Assembly: GCA_050011815.1 (NCBI GenBank)
Contig: JBEKIJ010000012.1
Span: forward strand, 18,974-82,973
Reading direction: 5' to 3'
Origin: Acidimicrobiales bacterium
GTDB taxonomy: Bacteria; Actinomycetota; Acidimicrobiia; Acidimicrobiales; UBA8190
Length of the DNA: 64,000 nt
Under the pieces are notes generated by a model. That model was given only the letters and a program-made list of their open reading frames with translations. It did not search any database and was not told where the DNA came from. Of this stretch, positions 59,573 through 64,000 are shown one piece after another (the first letter of the stretch is position 1; every line of letters starts with the position of its first letter). A program made the position numbers and the translations under genes.

Positions 59573-59983
59573 GTGAGCTCTCCCGAGATGCCCTCTCTCG
59601 AGATCCCCGAGGAGGTCCTCGCCGCCGTGCCCGAATACGGGGCCGACGAGGAAGCGGTGGTGATCGTGGACTTCCAAGGTGTCGTGCTGGGGCTGAACAA
59701 GCCGGCCGAAGAGCTCTTCAAGATGGAGAGCGCCGACATCGCCGGCGAGTTCGTGGAGATGCTCGTGCCCACCAAGAAGCGCTGGGGCCACCAGGCCTAT
59801 CGCCGCGGCTACCTGGTGGAGCCGAGGGACAGGGAGATGGATCCCGGGCTCTATCCCGAGGCCGAGACGGCGGAGGGGGAGGTCGTCCCCATCACGGGAC
59901 GGCTCCAGCCCGTCACGGTGAACGGGAAGCTCTTCGTCGCCGCCCACATGGCTCGCGACGAGGCGCCCCGCCCCGCGGACTGA
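59573..59983 (+). CDS. Hypothetical protein, possibly PAS-like
   Basis: GTG start after a GAAGGAG RBS. It is 136 aa, and the domain call is tentative. Confidence 0.45.
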   Translation: MSSPEMPSLEIPEEVLAAVPEYGADEEAVVIVDFQGVVLGLNKPAEELFKMESADIAGEFVEMLVPTKKRWGHQAYRRGYLVEPRDREMDPGLYPEAETAEGEVVPITGRLQPVTVNGKLFVAAHMARDEAPRPAD

Positions 59984-60174
59984 TCGGGTATCGGACCAGC
60001 TCAGGTCGCCTGTCCCCCTTCGGCTGCCCGGCCCGTCCTCGCCGCCGGGCCCCCCTGCCCGCTGGCGGCTGACCCCCGGGGGAATCCCGGTACCCTCCGG
60101 GTTGTTGCACAGGCAACGATCCGGGGCGGAACCCGTCAGGGGGTGCGACCGGGGCGGGAGAGGGACCGAAGATC

Positions 60175-62574
60175 ATGACCGAGCTGAACCAGACATTGCC
60201 GCTGTTGCCGCTGACCTCGGGGGTCGTGCTCCCGGGGATGGTGTTCACCATGGCCCTGGAGACCGACGAGGCCAAGACGGCCGCGGAGGCGGCGGGGTCG
60301 GTGGGTGGCGAGCTCGTCCTCGTGCCCCACATCGACGGGCGCTATGCCTCGGTGGGAGTGATCTCGAAGATCCTCGAGACCGGGGAACTGCCCGGCGGCC
60401 CTGTCGCCGTGGTGGTGAGCGGGCTGCGTCGGGCCACGGTCGGCACCGCCGTGCCGGGGACCGGCCAGGCCCTGTGGGTCCAGGTGGAACCCATCGTGGA
60501 CGAACCTGAGACGCCCAGGGCCCAAGAGCTCGGACGCGAATACCGCGCCGTGCTCGAGAACATCCTCCTCACCAGAGGGGCGCGCCGCATGGCGGAGCGT
60601 CTGCGCGACATCACCGACGCCTCCCAGATCGCCGATCTGTCGGGGTATTCCCCCGACCTCAGCCTGGCCCAGAAGGTGGAGGTGCTCGAGACCGTCGACC
60701 TCGAGGCCCGGCTCCGTCTGGTCCTCGGGTGGGCGCGCGAGACACTTGCGGATCTCACCCTGCGCGAGCAGATCAAGACCAACGTCGAAGAGGGCATGGA
60801 GAAGACCCAGCGCGAGTTCCTCCTGCGCCGTCAGCTCGAGGCCATCCGCAAGGAGCTCAACGAGCTCGACGGCAACCCTGACGAAGGCTCGGTCGATGAC
60901 TACCGTGCCAAGTTGGAGGGCCGCGACTTCCCCGACGCCGTGCGGACGGCGGTGTTGCGCGAAGTCGACAAGCTCGAACGCACCAGTGAGCAGAGCCCCG
61001 AGCACGGGTGGATCCGGACGTGGTTGGACACCATCTTCGAGTTGCCGTGGGGCGTCGTGTCCGACGACAACCTCGACGTCCCCGCCGCGGCGGGCATCCT
61101 CGACGAGGACCACGACGGGCTCAACGACGTGAAAGAGCGCATCCTCGAACACCTGGCCGTGCGCAAGCTCCGCACCGATCGCGGTCTCGCGTCGACGGGT
61201 GTGCGCGGTTCGGGTGCCATCCTGGCCCTCGTCGGGCCTCCGGGTGTGGGCAAGACCTCCCTCGGGGAGTCGGTGGCACGCGCTCTCGGTCGCAAGTTCG
61301 TCCGGGTCGCCCTCGGGGGCGTGCGCGACGAGGCGGAGATCCGGGGACACCGACGGACCTACGTGGGGGCCCAGCCCGGACGGCTGGCCCGCGCCCTGCG
61401 CGAAGCGGGGACCATGAACCCCGTGATCGTGCTGGACGAGGTGGACAAGCTGGGTGCGGACTATCGGGGTGACCCGTCGTCGGCCCTGCTCGAGGTCCTC
61501 GACCCGGCCCAGAACCACACCTTCCGGGACCATTACCTCGAAGTGGAGCTCGACCTGTCGAAGGTCCTGTTCCTGGCGACCGCCAACGTGGCCGAGACCA
61601 TCCCCGGCCCCCTCCTCGACAGGATGGAGGTCATCCGGATCGATGGCTACACCGAGGACGAGAAGGTCACCATCGCCCGCCACCACCTCTTGCGCCGTCA
61701 ACTCGAACGGACCGGCCTCAGGGCCGACGAGGTGGAGGTGACAGATGATGCCCTGCGCGCCATCTCCTCGGACTACACACGCGAGGCCGGTGTGCGAAAC
61801 CTCGAACGCGAGATCGGACGGTTGTTGCGCAAGGTCGCCACCAAGCTGGCGAGCGCAACGGTGACCGCACCCGTCGTGGTCGGGGTGGACGACGTGCGCA
61901 CCTGGCTCGGTCGCGCCCGCTTCTTCTTCGAGGCGGCCGACCGCACGAGCGTGCCGGGCGTGGCGACGGGGCTGGCGGTCACGGGAACGGGCGGCGACGT
62001 GTTGTTCGTCGAGGCCACCGTGATGGACGGCGCCGAGGGGCTCACCCTCACCGGACAGCTCGGTGACGTCATGAAGGAGTCGGCGGAGATCGCGCTGTCC
62101 TTCGTGCGGTCGCACGCGGCTGAGCTCGGGATCGACCCCGGGGCATTTGCCGGGAAGCGTTTCCACCTGCACGTCCCCGCCGGAGCGGTGCCCAAGGACG
62201 GGCCCTCGGCCGGGGTCACCATGACCACGGCACTCGTGAGCCTGCTCCTCGACCGGGCTGTCCGCCCCGTCGTGGGCATGACCGGTGAGGTCACTCTGCA
62301 GGGTCGTGTGCTGCCCATCGGCGGTGTGAAGCAGAAGGTGCTCGCCGCCCACCGGGCCGGGCTCAGAGACGTGGTCCTGCCCGTGCGCAACGGGCCCGAC
62401 CTCGAGGACGTGCCCGACAGCGTGCGCGAGGAGATGACCTTCCACCTGGCCGAGACCGTGTCCGACGTGTTGGGCGCCGCGCTCGAGGGCGCGGCCATGG
62501 ACGACGTCACATCGGGCACGGCTCGTGACCGGATGGACGAGCTCGTCCACGACGGGGGGTCGGTGGCCGCGTAG
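60175..62574 (+). CDS. lon: ATP-dependent protease La
   Basis: 799 aa. Has the Lon N-terminal domain, the AAA+ Walker A (GPPGVGKTS) and the catalytic serine in PKDGPSAGV. Confidence 0.9.
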   Translation: MTELNQTLPLLPLTSGVVLPGMVFTMALETDEAKTAAEAAGSVGGELVLVPHIDGRYASVGVISKILETGELPGGPVAVVVSGLRRATVGTAVPGTGQALWVQVEPIVDEPETPRAQELGREYRAVLENILLTRGARRMAERLRDITDASQIADLSGYSPDLSLAQKVEVLETVDLEARLRLVLGWARETLADLTLREQIKTNVEEGMEKTQREFLLRRQLEAIRKELNELDGNPDEGSVDDYRAKLEGRDFPDAVRTAVLREVDKLERTSEQSPEHGWIRTWLDTIFELPWGVVSDDNLDVPAAAGILDEDHDGLNDVKERILEHLAVRKLRTDRGLASTGVRGSGAILALVGPPGVGKTSLGESVARALGRKFVRVALGGVRDEAEIRGHRRTYVGAQPGRLARALREAGTMNPVIVLDEVDKLGADYRGDPSSALLEVLDPAQNHTFRDHYLEVELDLSKVLFLATANVAETIPGPLLDRMEVIRIDGYTEDEKVTIARHHLLRRQLERTGLRADEVEVTDDALRAISSDYTREAGVRNLEREIGRLLRKVATKLASATVTAPVVVGVDDVRTWLGRARFFFEAADRTSVPGVATGLAVTGTGGDVLFVEATVMDGAEGLTLTGQLGDVMKESAEIALSFVRSHAAELGIDPGAFAGKRFHLHVPAGAVPKDGPSAGVTMTTALVSLLLDRAVRPVVGMTGEVTLQGRVLPIGGVKQKVLAAHRAGLRDVVLPVRNGPDLEDVPDSVREEMTFHLAETVSDVLGAALEGAAMDDVTSGTARDRMDELVHDGGSVAA

Positions 62575-62651
62575 CCGCCGACCCGCCGGGTCCGTCACCC
62601 GGCGTTCAGCGTGGGGTAACCCTGGGCACGAGAAATGTGGTGTTTGTTCAC

Positions 62652-62682
62652 GCACCCCATCCACAGACGGTGGATGGGGTGC
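62652..62682 (+). terminator. Strong hairpin downstream of lon (13-bp stem, 5-nt loop)
   Basis: GCACCCCATCCAC-agacg-GTGGATGGGGTGC, 78 bp after the lon stop. There is no U-tract, as expected for intrinsic terminators in GC-rich actinobacteria. Confidence 0.45.
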
Positions 62683-63028
62683 GGATAACTCCGGCGTCTG
62701 GAATTCAGCCGAGGTCTCTGCTGGGGTCGAGGAGAGGGCGGATCCCGCCGGGCGGGAACCGTCGGAACCCGAACGCGCCGGCCTCGACGCGCCGGACAGA
62801 TCGTTCACCGCTGCAGTGAAACCGTTCGTGGATCGACCGGGAGCTGCTCGTCGCGGCGCGCCTCGAAAGTGCATCCATATCTGCGAGGGGCGACGGTCCT
62901 TGTCGGTTCTGTCCGACATCCCCGCCGGGAAAAGCATATCGCAGGGAGGGGGGCTTCCCGCAAGGACCTCGGATGTGCTGACAATGCTCGGCGTGAGCTC
63001 GGCGGGTGAAGGCAGAGGGAGTGGCGAG

Positions 63029-64000
63029 ATGCGTGTGTCGTCGGCGATGACCGAACGCGCCGTTGTGATTGCCGGTGGCGGTCCGACGGGGATGATGCTG
63101 GGGGCCGAGCTGACATTGGCGGGGACCGACGTCCTCATCGTCGAGCGACGCCCGAGCGTCGAGCTCGAAAGCTCGCGCTCCAGAGGTCTGCACTCCCGCA
63201 CCATCGAAGTCCTCGATCAGCGCGGTGTCGTCGATCGCTTCTTGGCCGAGGGGAAGGCGATGCAGGTGCAGGCGTTCGCCGGGGTGCCGATGGACATCAG
63301 CGATTTCCCCACCCGCCACAACTATGGGATGGCGCTCTTGCAGAGCCATTTCGAGCGCATCCTGGCCGGATGGCTCGACGAGTTGAGCGTTCCCATCCTG
63401 CGCCAGCGCGAGGTGACGGGTTTCAGGCAGGACGACAGTGGCGTCGACGTCGCACTCTCCGGCGGCTCATCACTGCGGGCGCAGTATCTGGTCGGTTGCG
63501 ACGGGGGCCGGAGCGTTGTCCGCAAGGCGGCCGGCATCGAGTTCGCGGGCTGGGATCCGACCACGTGGTGGATCATCGCCGAGGTCGAGATGGAGGAGGT
63601 GCCGGAATTCGGGCTGCGGGGCGGGGGTGGCATCGGCCCGGCCGAAGATGGACGGGTGGGCGTCACCCTGATCGAACCGGACGCGAACCGCACCGATGAG
63701 CCCACCCTGGAGGATCTCCGCGCCGCGCTCATCCGCGTCGACGGGACGGACCACGGGGTGCACAGCCCGCGCTTCATCTCTCGCTTCACCGACATGACAC
63801 GTCAGGCGGTGGAGTATCGCAACGGGCGCGTGCTCGTCGCGGGAGACGCCGCCCACGTCCACCCGCCCATGGGCGGGCAGGGATTGAACATCGGCGTGCA
63901 GGATTCGGTGAATCTGGGGTGGAAGCTGGCCCAGGTGGTCAGCGGAACGTCACCGGTGACGCTGCTCGACACCTATCAGGACGAGCGGCATCCGGTCGGT
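63029..64000 (+). CDS. FAD-dependent aromatic-ring monooxygenase (partial, runs off the window end)
   Basis: Has the GXGXXG motif (VIAGGGPTGMMLG), a DG motif (GCDGGRSVVR) and a GD motif (VAGDAAHVHPPMGGQGLN). Confidence 0.75.
   Translation, partial: MRVSSAMTERAVVIAGGGPTGMMLGAELTLAGTDVLIVERRPSVELESSRSRGLHSRTIEVLDQRGVVDRFLAEGKAMQVQAFAGVPMDISDFPTRHNYGMALLQSHFERILAGWLDELSVPILRQREVTGFRQDDSGVDVALSGGSSLRAQYLVGCDGGRSVVRKAAGIEFAGWDPTTWWIIAEVEMEEVPEFGLRGGGGIGPAEDGRVGVTLIEPDANRTDEPTLEDLRAALIRVDGTDHGVHSPRFISRFTDMTRQAVEYRNGRVLVAGDAAHVHPPMGGQGLNIGVQDSVNLGWKLAQVVSGTSPVTLLDTYQDERHPVG

Overview
This is a high-GC (~70%) actinobacterial-type chromosomal segment, densely packed with about 60 protein-coding genes on both strands. 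I found no rRNA, tRNA, CRISPR array or obvious prophage. The many long antisense ORFs in the six-frame track are GC-driven artefacts that shadow the real genes.

Most of the content is core-like. It includes a Fur-family regulator with rubrerythrin and DUF3501, whiB, RidA, an acyl-CoA dehydrogenase, trpD, a GT4 glycosyltransferase, a ROK glucokinase, an AlaC-type aminotransferase, plsC, an FTR1 iron permease fused to a beta-propeller, DipZ, glpK, lhr, lon and several F420/LLM oxidoreductases.

The most striking feature is a class II (B12-dependent) ribonucleotide reductase gene, nrdJ (20441-25081), interrupted in-frame by two inteins. The first is a 145-aa mini-intein, lower in GC than its surroundings, inserted after the NPC active-site motif. 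The second is a 440-aa intein carrying a LAGLIDADG homing endonuclease, inserted after AISK. nrdJ is preceded by NrdR-box-like palindromes.

Immediately downstream lies a convergently oriented gene for a secreted, His-rich protein built from three near-identical ~90-aa tandem repeats. Next to it is a small cluster of a P450, a signal-peptide-less BtuF-like binding protein, a SAM methyltransferase and an orphan gene.

Further on is a lower-GC accessory stretch (about 30.2-36.4 kb). It holds a lipoprotein, an NfeD-like/flotillin pair, two paralogous Rv2466c-type DsbA-like thiol oxidoreductases flanking DoxX, a low-GC orphan gene, a degenerate HAD gene and a YoaK-family protein.

Beyond that is an efflux cluster with two convergent ABC-2 exporters and a MerR-MFS pair. 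The window also contains an Lhr helicase followed by an N-terminally truncated MTAN-like fragment, and several candidate operator or repeat elements in intergenic regions.

I saw no canonical defence system (restriction-modification, CBASS, toxin-antitoxin and the like). The candidates for novelty are the intein-invaded nrdJ, the repetitive His-rich surface protein, the P450/BtuF-like/methyltransferase cluster and the lower-GC redox island.
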